From: Anthoceros angustus
Taxonomy: Eukaryota; Plantae; Anthocerotophyta
Assembly (NCBI GenBank): GCA_010909165.1
Contig: VJWM01000238.1
Coordinates: forward strand, 62,001 to 126,000
Reading direction: 5' to 3'
Length of the DNA: 64,000 bases
Part shown: piece after piece, positions 33,376 through 46,670 of the stretch
How the letters are laid out: each line of letters begins with the position of its first letter
Position numbering within the stretch: the first letter of the stretch is position 1
Notes under the pieces: generated by a model
What the model was told of the DNA's origin: nothing
What the model saw: the letters and a program-made list of their open reading frames with translations, nothing else
Databases searched by the model: none
Made by a program: the position numbers and the translations under genes

Positions 33376-36300
33376 GTCGTGTGTTGCATGTACTGCAGTT
33401 CGGGAGGTTTCACATGGATCCGCCTCGAAATCTATGGATCAAGCGCCTGTAGGGCCTAGGCTGTGAACGACCTTGTTTTGTACAGTCTGCACAACATGTT
33501 CTCCACTATTATGCATTTCATCGCAACTCGGGCAAGCTGGCTCGTCCTGCGCACTTGTGAATGCGCGAGCCAGCGGGATGTCAGAGCAGACGGTGTGCAG
33601 CGGATTTCATTGATACGTCGTTCTGCTTATCAACGGGTTTCGCCCCGTCCGGAGGGGAGGAGGACGAGTTTCAAGATCGTATTGAGCTTTATTATCTCAC
33701 TCATGATGTTGCAAAGGTGTACTGATACACTTTGGAAGGCAGTTTGCAAGCAAGAGCCTGTCGAGAGATGATTAGCGTGTCCTGCTGCGAGGGAGATCAC
33801 GTAACTTCTCCAGGCTCATGCAGATCTCATCAAGACAATGAGCTAGGATTGTGGTGAGCTTGATGAGAAGCTCGTGATGATGTAGGCGATGAGTGTGGTT
33901 CACTAATTGTGATGAGCCTGCATATTTGTGTGTGTGATCTTCCTCGAGCTTAATGCTTGGTGTGAGTTTGATGAGGGAAACGGGCTGTCGGATTGGGGTG
34001 GGACACTGGCTGCTAGGGGTGCATGCATGTGTGAAGTGCATGGGATGCCGGATGGTGTGGGAATGTTGAGGTGTGAAAGGAAGTATTTCGGGAACCTAGG
34101 GTTGACTCTGGTACAGTAGTTAATGCATCTATCTGACACATCCCCAAACCAGGTTGGAGTTTGGCAAGCGATTGGCAAAGCGGAGCCGCCGAGCGCCAGT
34201 TTGGGGATCTCTGTCAGGCGGAAGATCACACCAGAAAGAACACCCGCTGATTTGTCGCTGGAAGCGAACATCAGGGTCCACACATGACTTGCGTGTGTGG
34301 GAAGCTTGCTCTCAATTTGTGCTCAACTGCAATCTGCTTGCGTGTTGCAGGAGTGAACAGCCGCGTGTATTGCATTCCAGACAGGTTATTTTACATCCAG
34401 TATTAGACGAGATGCTGATGCTCGTTGGCAAAGCAGCGTGATTCAAAATATATGGGAGGATTGGGGCCTGTTCCGTTGCGAGGCTGGTTGAGATAGGACA
34501 GTGGGGTGCAACTGCTGCACGATTCTGGGGGATTAGGAAAGACTGAAGAGTGCTGATGCCACAAGCAAGGAGGTGAGGAGGTGCCCACGATGAGCCTCCC
34601 AGCTGAGCTGCTGGCAATGTGCCTCACAAATTCTGCTGTCTCCGAACGAGACAAGGATCGTGGAAAATCGCGTTGTTGTGCAGGAGACAAGGCTGTAGTC
34701 ACATGGCCTCAGCATGAGCTCATCACTTCGGTACTGCTCGGAGCACAACGAATGACAGAAGAGAGTGGCAGCCGAAGGTTCTGGGCCCGCTTAACGTCCG
34801 CCATGAAGTAGCCCCTTGCTCTTTGAAGGAGTCCCATCACTTCGGCCCCACCTTCGCCTCTGCTTCCTTCTACCAGCTCATCGGGCTGCAAAAAGTGAAG
34901 GTTGGTGTCCGGACTCCTGCTGCACTTAATACTGTAATCCTCCAGGACCTAATGCTTTTGAGCTGTCTTACGTACTCTCATAGTTGACAACGGTCTTGGA
35001 AACGGGTTAAAGTGAAGCCGGCATTCGTATGTACAGAGTCTCCTCCTTCCTCTCACCTGCATGCCCTTGTTATGTAGCTAGTTGCACTGGACTCTCCTTA
35101 GTAGGACAAGCGGTGTTACTCCTCGCAGAGAACACACGTGCTGCTGCAACTCAGGTTTTGTCAATTCATCCATGGGCAATGGCTCACAAAGTCACAGGTG
35201 AGAGCAGCCTGAGGGCCAAGTTTTGGAAGCTCTTGTTCTCGTGGGTGCAAGTTGCAAGCCCAGTGGTGGACGGTGCTTGACCTGACCACTTGATGTTGCG
35301 ATTGGTTGGGACATATGCATGTGCGAGCGAACAACAGGTGAGGTACTCCCGAGTCCCGTTGTGTCCAAATTCATAAAGGACTCTCTAAAGTTGTACGATC
35401 ATCTTTATCCCAGGCTCTCCCGGGGTGTTCACACTGTCTGCCATTCGTTGGGTTGCAGAGAGTGTATCCCTGCTTCATTTCCTCCTCTTAACAAGATTTG
35501 GTCTTGACAGAAGGTTCTCGGAAACTGTTCTCACACCAGCTGGTTCTATCTGACCAGGCTTTTAGCTTTATCGCTCACGGAGCGTGTGAAACACAGACAA
35601 TCTGCTTTCCATAGTCTGCAGAACCAGGCACCGCACTCTGACCAGTTCTGCCGACTTCACCGACGCTGGCACATTCGGCGTTTGTTTCTGCACGGGCTCT
35701 GAGTAGTAAAAGAAGGGTTTGATGACATCTGCGATGCCTGGAGCTGGGTTGATGTCACCGGGGTAGAAGGCCCCTCTGAGGACTCGTACATACGCAGGAT
35801 GAATTTGTTGAATCATGTCAGACTGACATGGCCATTTGTTGAGATTCATTGCAGGCCAGCTCGCTTCACCAGCCAAGCCGTCCTCAGGTTAGTTGCGCGC
35901 TTTACAGGGAGCGAGAGGAGCGGGATGATTGACGATCGCCCTTCCCGGTCATCAAGAATGCATAACGCGCATTCATTTCCATGGCGATCGCAGAGTGTAG
36001 CCAGTGTATGGGCAGATGCAGCTTTTGCAGTTCTTGCGTACAAGCAGCTGCAATCTGACAGCTATTATGTGAAGTTGTTGAGGAGCAGGTGGCTGGACTC
36101 CACGCGGAACGTCTCCGACCATCCTTCACACATTCAGCTAGCGATCTGAAATCGGATGTCAAGTTCACAAACAGCCAGCTGCTCCAATCGGGGCCTCGCA
36201 CCGGCTCCCGCTTCACCGAACTGGGCTTATCAACTCCATCCAACCAAATCAAACTCAATCCTGGCAGATTCTACAACAGCGACTGGGTATTTTTGATTTC

Positions 36301-36512
36301 CAGGATCTCATTTCTGTGAGCAGAGAGGGAGAATTCTATCTGATAATCTCAATCTGTGGACCAAGGTGACAGGTACACATGCTGCAAATTTTGGAAATTA
36401 CCCTTTTCCAGTGCATCAAGCACCGGCTGTGCAGCAAATGCGCAACTGGACTTGCCAACATTTCAGGCACGGAAATCACCAGCTACAATCTGTGCATGTA
36501 GAGATGTAAACG

Positions 36513-39239
36513 CTAGACATTCAGCTGCCAGCCACCAAACTTGAGTACTGTAATTGGCGTGCTGCCGTTGTTGAAGAGAAAGACGCGGGCTTTGTCTTCC
36601 AGAGCCAGCGTAGGATAGACGCGGGAGGTGATGCTCACTTTTCCACCTTGAGCAAACGTTTCCACGATGGAGTGGTCCACCTGCACCCACGTCATGGTCA
36701 GCCTGGAACATGGAGAATTCTGCTCAGCACAAGAAGCAGACGAGCGGGCGGTACCAGAATTCTCAAAGACAGATGCATTTCCGACGCTTCAGTTCGCAGC
36801 AGGAAGCTTCCATGCACAGTCTTGTCTAGATCCGCCGCAAGAGAGGACCTGCAATTTAAAGAGAGTAGGCTGAGTAATATTAGAAGAGGAAGAGGAAGAG
36901 GAAGATGAAGCCCTGGATGGCAAGGTGCTGTGGTGGCAGGAAGGAGGGTCCCGGACCGGACCTGCTTTGATCGTTGCAGACCAGGACTTTCAAAGTGCCA
37001 TCCGCAGTCTGTACCAAGCTGAAGAACACCGCAGTGTATTCCTGCAACGCGTGGGCTGCCAGAACCAGAACCCCAAATGGCCCAAGAATTGTTCCTGCCC
37101 CAGAGCCCTGGCCGCACAGCTGTTGGGCCTCCAGTGCTAAGACATCTGTGGGCACGAACAAATTGTTGGCTCTTGTCACTTCTGGTATGTCGAACACTAC
37201 CTCGATGTCCAGCTGCACATACATGCATTGGCAGGAAGTTCGAATTTCAGTCTCCGAGGAAGATGCTGGAAAACAGAGGCTCCGAAGCATCCCAGAAGAG
37301 CGAGGACTGAACAAGACAAACCCACCTGAGGCCCGCGAAGCTTTCCAATTTTCTTCAGTCCACCAGCTTTCAAGGTGAAGTTGTTCTTGCTCACGCTGTT
37401 CTGCCGAAAAGCTTCGATTTCTTCGACAGGCCACTGGATGAGATGGGTCCCTGTGTTGTTGTCCAGCCATACCTTCCTTGGAATTGCCTGAAAGCAGGGA
37501 GTTACATCCCTAGTACATGTGAGAACCCCATTTCCTTTCCTTTCCGGTGAGACTGACAGAATGGTCACCTGGGATTTTAGAGCTTCGGCTGACCTGTACA
37601 GATGACCATCCCTTCCTGTAATCGTCTGGCACACTGTCGGACTCGTTGGCCCAGCCCCAAAGAATACGTCTTTGCCTGTTCTGGTCGAAGAAGGTCTTGG
37701 AAGCATAGAATTTGCCATAATCATACCGCAGCCCAAGTCCAGCATCAATGGCATCCACCACAGGAACAAAGGTATCATTCCCTTCATCGTAGGTGCCCAC
37801 AGTGTAGTAGTCATGCTTGGTTATGTCCAAGCTAACTTTCAAGACGTGTTTCACAGAAGGCCCTTTCACCGAAGTATCTAAGCCTCCGTTTCCTGTGACC
37901 GGAACAGGGTAAAAATCAGGGCATTCCCACATACCTGTTCGCTCCACCGAGTGCAACGGATACGCGGCTTCAGCCCAAGTGAGGAAATCGGAACTTGTAT
38001 ACAGCAGTGCCAACCCAGTTTTGTTCTTTGGGTCCGGTGGATCGAAGCTTGCTGAGCCAACCAGTATTCTCCACTTCCCATCGTCACCAATCCATCCAGT
38101 CGTCGGGTCCCTGAAGAAGGTGGCATTGATACCAGGCGGGGTGAGAATCAGGGGATTTTCCGCCACCTTCTCCCACTTGAGCAACAGAGGATCCGTCGGG
38201 TCTGCTGGAACAGCTTTGTTCTGAAGCTGTCCAACGGAAGAGTCGCCCGTGTACATCAGCACTGGTGTTCCATCCTTCAGGAACGTGGCTGATCCCGACC
38301 ATACTCCCTTGATGTCATACCACTTGTCAGGCACCAGTGCAGCATCCAGAATCCGCCAGTGTATAAGATCAGTGGACACAGCATGACCCCAGACGATGCT
38401 GCCCCACACTACATCATGAGGATTGTACTGGTAGAACAGGTGGTAATATCCATTGTAGTACAAAGGGCCTGCCATGAGTTGCAAATTTCCAACCTGTCAA
38501 CACCCCAGGCCTAGGCCTGCATACTACCTAGGTGGTACATACAACCTTGGAATCCAAGTACAAGGGGAAGGGAAAGACATGCATGACGTGACTGACTAGG
38601 CACTGACCATTTGGATCTGCATCCGTCCAGCCACCAACACCACAATTCCGAACAGAAGAGTTAGTCCTCGTTATTCCATCGTCTCAAGATCTCCCTACTG
38701 TAACATCAGAGCATGAGGCCTCAGGCTCGAAGTGGGCACCAACCGTTCATCCAATTCTTGGCGGGCTGGAAATGGAAAGCTGTCCTATAGTAATCCTCCT
38801 TAGCAGAAAACCTGTCGGCAGGCTCAGCGGTCTTTCCCGATGTTGACACAGTTGCAGGCCAAGAGGATTCCTCAAACCCCGGATCCGACGAGTTTGAAGA
38901 AGAAACATGTCTGACAAGCTCTACGATTCCGATACTACCCCCGGCTGCCACTACGCAAAACAGAACCAAAACCGCCCACCATTTCTGCACTTTGCGCCTG
39001 CGCCACACTGCCCTTCTTCCAGTTTCAGTTGCTTCAACGCAGAAAGGGGGGACGTCGATCACAAGAGGGGCAGCCTCGTTTCCCACCGCCTCCCAGCTGA
39101 TGGGCATGGATATGGGAGATGAAGGAGAAATCGACTCCCCAGAGTCATGGGCATCCACAGTCTGGAAACTATCATCTAACGCCAATGGAGAGTGAGTTCG
39201 GGGCGGCATGATGCCGCCCCTGGCTGGGAATGCGTCCAC
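36513..39239 (-). CDS. GH32 acid invertase / fructan-active enzyme with N-terminal membrane anchor, multi-exon
   Basis: [14 protein letters not shown], then the DPN mini-exon, [59 protein letters not shown] and [13 protein letters not shown]...SRVYP. TM segment [15 protein letters not shown] lies near the N-terminus. Confidence 0.95.
38608..38616 (-). other. 9-nt mini-exon (ATCCAAATG) encoding DPN of the catalytic NDPNG motif
   Basis: The minus strand reads GCAG|ATCCAAATG|GTCAG and the phases match both flanking exons. This is a known conserved feature of plant acid invertases. Confidence 0.95.
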
Positions 39240-40082
39240 TCAAATCATTCACTCAAAGCCCAACGCTTGCAATGAGCTGAATGCCATCTGCATCCAACAG
39301 ACACCTGTAGCCTTCAGGTAGGATCTGCAGCAGAACATCCAGCTAGCTCATTCTGTGAATCATGTTCCACCGTGGTTCCTGCTGAGCCCGTGGGATGCCC
39401 TTCTTCTCCGCTCGGGCAATGCTGATCGAGGCAGAAACCGACAAGATGTAAGTGTGACGGAACCGATGGCGAAGCAGCAAGGCATTGCCCCGCACTATCT
39501 TACAGGGCCTACCCATTCAGGCTGGTGGGCACCGGGCATGTTGAACGACCTTTACTGGAGAGGACTCGACGACTCAACCGACTTTCTGGTCCCCCACTCT
39601 TCCGGTGTGAAACGTTGGGTGTTTTACTGAGCGCGGCTGGAGGAGTGGAGATCCTCTTCACACCAGATCTGGGGATGACATGCTACAGCTTGGTCTGATG
39701 AGTTGGGACACCGCCTGGTTGTGACATACGTACGTGTGTGGAATTTTCATCCTCTATGCGCATTGAGGGATTGAAATGGGCAAGGTTTGCAGACACATAA
39801 CAAAATTGAATTGTATCAGCTCTTCCTTTACAAGGGAGTTACGTGGCAAAGATGTGCCCATGTGCCTGTTCCGGAGCAGGCAAAACATGCCCGGCTCGAT
39901 CCAGAAACAGATGAGTCATAACATCCGTTGGAAAAACAGATGGGCCTCAAACTCTCTTTTCCTCCTAACCTCCATACAGCCGGAATGAGCGACGAGGCAT
40001 GCTCATTCTGCCGTCCTCAATCTCATGAGGGAGACAAAATCGGCAGCGTCTCCAGTGAAATGGAGAACAATGGGGTACTCAT

Positions 40083-41155
40083 CTAGCTACGGCCAACTCC
40101 CCAAACTCGAATGTCACCATCCGTGAAGCCACCGTAGAGAGTACTGCCGTCCGCACTCCAGCAAAGGCTGATGCAGTGAGGGATCTGGAACACAGCAACA
40201 AAACATTGCACGACACGTCAAAAAGACCCAACCATAGAGATCACCGCGACAGAGTGTTATAACGTTCACCCAAAAACAGAAACAGCATACACGTGGGCTG
40301 CAAGAGAAATAGCACCTGAGAGTTTTTGTTAGCTTCCGGCCGCTGCTCGTCCACAACACTCTTGCTCTCCAAGTCCCAGATCTTAATGCTATGCTGAGTA
40401 GCACCGCAGAGCCAGTACCTGTTGGGGCTGAAGCAAAGCGCATGGATGATATCACCAGCATCCAAAGAGTACAGGCGCTTTCCCTCGGACAGGTCCCACA
40501 ACATGGCAACTCCATCCTTGCCACCGCTAGCGCAGAGAGAACCGTCAGGGGAGACAGTCACCGTGTTGATATAGCCTGTGTGCCCATGCAAGGCGGTGCG
40601 GAGCTTGCAATTGGTGAGATTCCAGACCTTCACAGACTTGTCCCAGCCCCCAGATGCGATGATAGGGTTGTTGTTCACAGGGGAGAAACGAACGCAGCTC
40701 ACCCATCCCGTATGCGCGTCTGCGTCCTGGATAGTATACTTGCACTCCCCTAGGGTGTTCCACAGCTTGATGGTCTTGTCCCGGGACCCTGACACAATCT
40801 GCCTGTTATCCGCCGAGAAGGCCACGCTAAGCACATCCTTGGTATGCCCCACGAACCTCTTGGTGGTCAGCCCAGTATTCAAATCCCACAGCCGCAAAGT
40901 CCCATCCCAGGACCCGGATAGAGCAAACATCCCATCGGAAGAAATCACAACATCCTGCACAAAGTGACCATGTCCAGTGAGGCGGCGCCTGGGAACCCCG
41001 TACTTCTCCCCATCTCTTGTCAATCTCCACACGATGATAGACTTGTCCCTGGAAGAAGACAGGATCACGTCAGGATTGTCGATGGGGCAGGCGATGGCCG
41101 TCACCCAGCCGGTGTGGCCCTTGAGCGTGCCCCGCAGCACCAACGTGTCCGCCAT
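40083..41155 (-). CDS. RACK1: RACK1 (G-beta-like WD40 ribosomal scaffold), 2 exons
   Basis: [14 protein letters not shown]..., [24 protein letters not shown]; the second exon [33 protein letters not shown] follows an intron at about 40175-40311. Confidence 0.97.
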
Positions 41156-41613
41156 GACTGACTGCTGAAGCTCCCGCCGCCAATTGCCAGGCCTCGCTTT
41201 CAGGTGTGAACAAGAAAGATGATTAGGGCAGACTGATATACCCCGAACCTTCCTATACTCGACCTAATGATATGTGCTGCTCGTTCGCCCTTCACTGTCC
41301 GCTTTAAGACACAAATCTAGGTCCGCTCCGACTCCACTTCCCAAATACCTGATACTTGAAAATACAGAAATGTTACAGATATCGGCTCGCGAGCATAGCG
41401 AGCTCTTACAACAACAAAAAAAGGCTCCTCCTCCTATAATCCACAACTAGTAAGACTAGGCCAATCTTTGCAGCCTGTCTGATTGGTAATGTGTCAGGCA
41501 AAAGAATGAAACGATGAATGTTGAATGAAACGTGGCAGTTCGATGGATGTAAAAGCACATGGTGGGATGTTTCCGGAGACCAGTTCTATACAACTGGGCC
41601 GGCCATGAATGGA

Positions 41614-42182
41614 CTAGCTCGTGGTGAAGGACTCTCCACAACCGCACTCCCCTTTAGAATTAGGGTTTATGAACACAAACTCCTGCCTGCACAGGACAAG
41701 GATACAGTCAGAGGTGCATCACCAGGTCTTGCAAGCTATGTCAGCAGACGCAACGTTCCAGACACTTGATGAGGACGGAAGTGCTTACTTCAACCGGTCT
41801 TCCACGAAGTCCATCTTAGTGCCGATGACATGCATCAAGGCCCTTGGATCGATGAGCACCTTCACTCCCTTGTCCTCCACAATCTCGTCAAATTTTCCCT
41901 GCGCATCTGCAGCCATCTCAAAACCTAAACCTCAGAACGGAGAGGCAAGCCAGACACAAGGAGAGAGGCAGGAAGGAGTGGAGGGACTGACTAACCAGCG
42001 TAATCGAGAGTGTAGGTGAGGCCATTGCAGCCGCGCACTTTCACTCCCAGCCTCAAATATTCTTTCTGCCTCAACTTCAAGAGATGGCTGATCCTCTCCG
42101 CTGCGGCCTCCGTGAGAGTCAGGGCTTGACGGCGGGCTCCAGGCGCCTGCCTGCCCGCCCGAGCCAGCGCTGCCGCACACAT
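41614..42182 (-). CDS. ISCA1: IscA/SufA-type Fe-S cluster assembly protein (mitochondrial ISCA1-like), 3 exons
   Basis: [52 protein letters not shown] and [16 protein letters not shown]; all three conserved Cys are present. Confidence 0.93.
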
Positions 42183-42781
42183 CCTCGTCGTAACCGCTTT
42201 CCAGCAAGCATGAAATGCACGCCGTTACAGAATCCTCAGCAGCGGCTGCAGCAGAAATCCCTGGCATCCGCATGCGAATAGCACGTCCTCATCATCCCGA
42301 ACATCCGACCATCACAGATCGCACATTCCGAGACCCCGCGCCTCAAGAACCGTGCAGGCAGTCCACCCTAAAAGATGCCTTCCCGACTGCAGGCTGCACT
42401 CCCTTTTACACTAAATCACTTCTCTCGCAGAGAAAGTCGCGCTTTGTCCAGACCAATCCGCGCTCTTGACACAAGACCTCCTTGCGCGCTTCTACACAGA
42501 TCGCGGCGGCACGAAGTGGAAGCTCCGCGTCGGCCAGATGGTGGAAAGACACGTGGCAAGAGACCGGTAGAACAGGTGACACGGAAGCTGCCTTAGGGGC
42601 TGCCGTTTTGGTGAGCTCTGGCCTTTCCATTGCAGATGTTGATCGAGGGAATAATAAATGAGCTGAGACATGGTAGCCCAGCTAAGCTCCTAATTCCGCA
42701 CAGGCGGGGTTGCTGAAAAATGCGCTATCTGATGCTACTGGCTGACGAGGAATTTGCGGGAGGAGGAGGAGGTGAGAAGAA

Positions 42782-43601
42782 TCAATTTGATCTGGGTTGT
42801 TGTGGTTGCTTGACAGATCTCCTCTTCGATTCCAGGAGAGCTTCGAGCTCGGGGAGTCCTCCGACCATCTCCAGTTCCTGGTGACGAGATGGAGAGTCAG
42901 ACATGAAGATCATGAATCGTGTGCTCGTGGAGACTCTAGGGGTGTCGTGATTCGTTACCTTGGGGCCCAGGAACAAGCCGTATGGAACTCCTTGGAAGAG
43001 ATCAGCGTGGTGTAGCTGCAAAGAAGGGGAAAGGAGACCTGTTAGTTAGGCGAAAAGGGTAGCCAGATAAGCATCAAGGGGTACTTGAAGGGGACATACT
43101 TGATGCGCTGCTGCCACTTTCTTGAAGTAGGGCACGTCTGCAAGCGGTCCTACTGGAAACCGACGGTGGACAAGTCCATCGTGGATGAACATGTAGGCAA
43201 TGCCGAACATGGTGATGCCTAATCCCTGCAGAGACAACAGCCACTGGTTAGCTCTGGGGAAGAACCGTATTTTGGATGTGATCAGTCCGGTTGATGGTGG
43301 AAGTGCTTACTGCTCCGAAGCAGAGACCAGGTACAAGGCCGGCATTGAAGAATCCGTAGGCCAACAGAGCAATAGCAGGGACCGCGTTTATTATAGCAAA
43401 GACGTCGTTGAGCTCGAACGGGCCTTCACGAGGACGGTGGTGAGACTGGAAAGCAAGAAGGAGCTACGTTAAAGCACTTGTGCAAGGTGGTGTATGGTTC
43501 TTTGAAAGTGGGGAGGGAGATGAGGCTCAGCTCACCTCATGCATACTCCATAGAGAAGCATGCCACAAAGCCTTGTGTGCCCAACGAGCCCAGAATTCCA
43601 T
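42782..43601 (-). CDS. BCH: BCH copy 1: exons 3-7 only, open from MEFWARW (159 aa predicted), no transit peptide
   Basis: The spliced frame is intact, with His boxes HKALWH, HESHH, HDGLVH and HQLHH. Exons 1-2 are replaced by IscA upstream sequence at about 43612. Expression is unknown. Confidence 0.6.
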
Positions 43602-44078
43602 CCCTACCTGTCATCACAGATCGCACATTCCGAGACCCGCGCCTCAAGAACCGTGCAGGCAGTCCACCCTAAAAGATGCCTTCCCGACTGCAGGCTGCAC
43701 TCCCTTTTACACTAAATCACTTCTCTCGCAGAGAAAGTCGCGCTTTGTCCAGACCAATCCGCGCTCTTGACACAAGACCTCCTTGCGCGCTTCTACACAG
43801 ATCGCGGCGGCACGAAGTGGAAGCTCCGCGTCGGCCAGATGGTGGAAAGACACGTGGCAAGAGACCGGTAGAACAGGTGACACGGAAGCTGCCTTAGGGG
43901 CTGCCGTTTTGGTGAGCTCTGGCCTTTCCATTGCAGATGTTGATCGAGGGAATAATAAATGAGCTGAGACATGGTAGCCCAGCTAAGCTCTAATTCCGCA
44001 CAGGCGGGGTTGCTGAAAATGCGCTATCTGATGCTACTGGCTGACGAGGAATTTGGGAGGAGGAGGAGGTGAGAAGAA

Positions 44079-45011
44079 TCAATTTGATCTGGGTTGTTGT
44101 GGTTGCTTGACAGATCTCCTCTTCGATTCCAGGAGAGCTTCGAGCTCGGGGAGTCCTCCGACCATCTCCAGTTCCTGGTGACGAGATGGAGAGTCAGACA
44201 TGAAGATCATGAATCGTGTGCTCGTGGAGACTCTAGGGTGTCGTGATTCGTTACCTTGGGGCCCAGGAACAAGCCGTATGGAACTCCTTGGAAGAGATCA
44301 GCGTGGTGTAGCTGCAAAGAAGGGAAAGGAGACCTGTTAGTTAGGCGAAAGGGTAGCCAGATAAGCATCAAGGGGTACTTGAAGGGACATACTTGATGCG
44401 CTGCTGCCACTTTCTTGAAGTAGGGCACGTCTGCAAGCGGTCCTACTGAAACCGACAGTGGACAAGTCCATCGTGGATGAACATGTAGGCAATGCCGAAC
44501 ATGGTGATGCCTAATCCCTGCAGAGACAACAGCCACTGGTTAGCTCTGGGGAAGAACCGTATTTTGGATGTGATCAGTCCGGTTGATGGTGGAAGTGCTT
44601 ACTGCTCCGAAGCAGAGACCAGGTACAAGGCCGGCATTGAAGAATCCGTAGGCCAACAGAGCAATAGCAGGGACCGCGTTTATTATAGCAAAGACGTCGT
44701 TGAGCTCGAACGGGCCTTCACGAGGACGGTGGTGAGACTGGAAAGCAAGAAGGAGCTACGTTAAAGCACTTGTGCAAGGTGGTGTATGGTTCTTTGAAAG
44801 TGGGGAGGGAGATGAGGCTCAGCTCACCTCATGCATACTCCATAGAGAAGCATGCCACAAAGCCTTGTGTGCCCAACGAGCCCAGAATTCCATCCCTACC
44901 TGTCACACCAGACGGCAACTGTCAAATCAACTGTTCCAATGTCAGCGTTTCTGTAGGCAGGCACAAAGACAGGTTAGAACTGTTGAATGACTTACTGCTG
45001 CTCCGACTGCA
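44079..45011 (-). pseudogene. BCH: BCH copy 2: end of exon 2 through exon 7, 1-bp deletion in exon 5 as assembled
   Basis: Exon 5 reads CAC TGT CGG TTT CAG TAG, against CAC CGT CGG TTT CCA GTA in copy 1. Confidence 0.7.
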
Positions 45012-45397
45012 GGCTGCACTCCCTTTTACACTAAATCACTTCTCTCGCAGAGAAAGTCGCGCTTTGTCCAGACCAATCCGCGCTCTTGACACAAGACCTC
45101 CTTGCGCGCTTCTACACAGATCGCGGCGGCACGAAGTGGAAGCTCCGCGTCGGCCAGATGGTGGAAAGACACGTGGCAAGAGACCGGTAGAACAGGTGAC
45201 ACGGAAGCTGCCTTAGGGGCTGCCGTTTTGGTGAGCTCTGGCCTTTCCATTGCAGATGTTGATCGAGGGAATAATAAATGAGCTGAGACATGGTAGCCCA
45301 GCTAAGCTCTAATTCCGCACAGGCGGGGTTGCTGAAAATGCGCTATCTGATGCTACTGGCTGACGAGGAATTTGGGAGGAGGAGGAGGTGAGAAGAA

Positions 45398-46670
45398 TCA
45401 ATTTGATCTGGGTTGTTGTGGTTGCTTGACAGATCTCCTCTTCGATTCCAGGAGAGCTTCGAGCTCGGGGAGTCCTCCGACCATCTCCAGTTCCTGGTGA
45501 CGAGATGGAGAGTCAGACATGAAGATCATGAATCGTGTGCTCGTGGAGACTCTAGGGTGTCGTGATTCGTTACCTTGGGGCCCAGGAACAAGCCGTATGG
45601 AACTCCTTGGAAGAGATCAGCGTGGTGTAGCTGCAAAGAAGGGAAAGGAGACCTGTTAGTTAGGCGAAAGGGTAGCCAGATAAGCATCAAGGGGTACTTG
45701 AAGGGACATACTTGATGCGCTGCTGCCACTTTCTTGAAGTAGGGCACGTCTGCAAGCGGTCCTACTGAAACCGACAGTGGACAAGTCCATCGTGGATGAA
45801 CATGTAGGCAATGCCGAACATGGTGATGCCTAATCCCTGCAGAGACAACAGCCACTGGTTAGCTCTGGGGAAGAACCGTATTTTGGATGTGATCAGTCCG
45901 GTTGATGGTGGAAGTGCTTACTGCTCCGAAGCAGAGACCAGGTACAAGGCCGGCATTGAAGAATCCGTAGGCCAACAGAGCAATAGCAGGGACCGCGTTT
46001 ATTATAGCAAAGACGTCGTTGAGCTCGAACGGGCCTTCACGAGGACGGTGGTGAGACTGGAAAGCAAGAAGGAGCTACGTTAAAGCACTTGTGCAAGGTG
46101 GTGTATGGTTCTTTGAAAGTGGGGAGGGAGATGAGGCTCAGCTCACCTCATGCATACTCCATAGAGAAGCATGCCACAAAGCCTTGTGTGCCCAACGAGC
46201 CCAGAATTCCATCCCTACCTGTCACACCAGACGGCAACTGTCAAATCAACTGTTCCAATGTCAGCGTTTCTGTAGGCAGGCACAAAGACAGGTTAGAACT
46301 GTTGAATGACTTACTGCTGCTCCGACTGCAAGAGAGAACGTTCCCAGCACCTCGGCAAATGGAACTTCTCCGGTTCCCTGATCAAGAACCACTTTATCAG
46401 CAGCATCCGAGAGGCAAAAATCATCTGGAGTACAGGAAGCATGTGAGATGGATTCTGACCTCTAATTGCCACACAAATCGGTAGTATACAGCTCCAGCAG
46501 CCAGGGTGGTGAACCCAATACTGGAAACAATGGCAGCCCACAGGTACGCGGAGCTCTGGGCCTGCCTCCGCATTGCCCTGTCTATCCGCCTCTTTTCGCT
46601 TGCCGCCTTCTCGGCATCCACAGCAGATGCGACCGAGGCAGCCAGCTGAAAGGCAGAGGAGGAAGAGGCT
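45398..46670 (-). pseudogene. BCH: BCH copy 3: 3' half of exon 1 through exon 7, same exon-5 deletion
   Basis: Starts at ASSSSAFQLAAS and includes AQSSAYLWAAIVSSIG and GTGEVPFAEVLGTFSLAVGAA. Confidence 0.7.

Noticed and set aside
34640-34880. A MIR156 precursor hairpin
   Set aside because: I could not find a star arm on either side with fewer than about 5 mismatches. Kept only as a possible target-like match.
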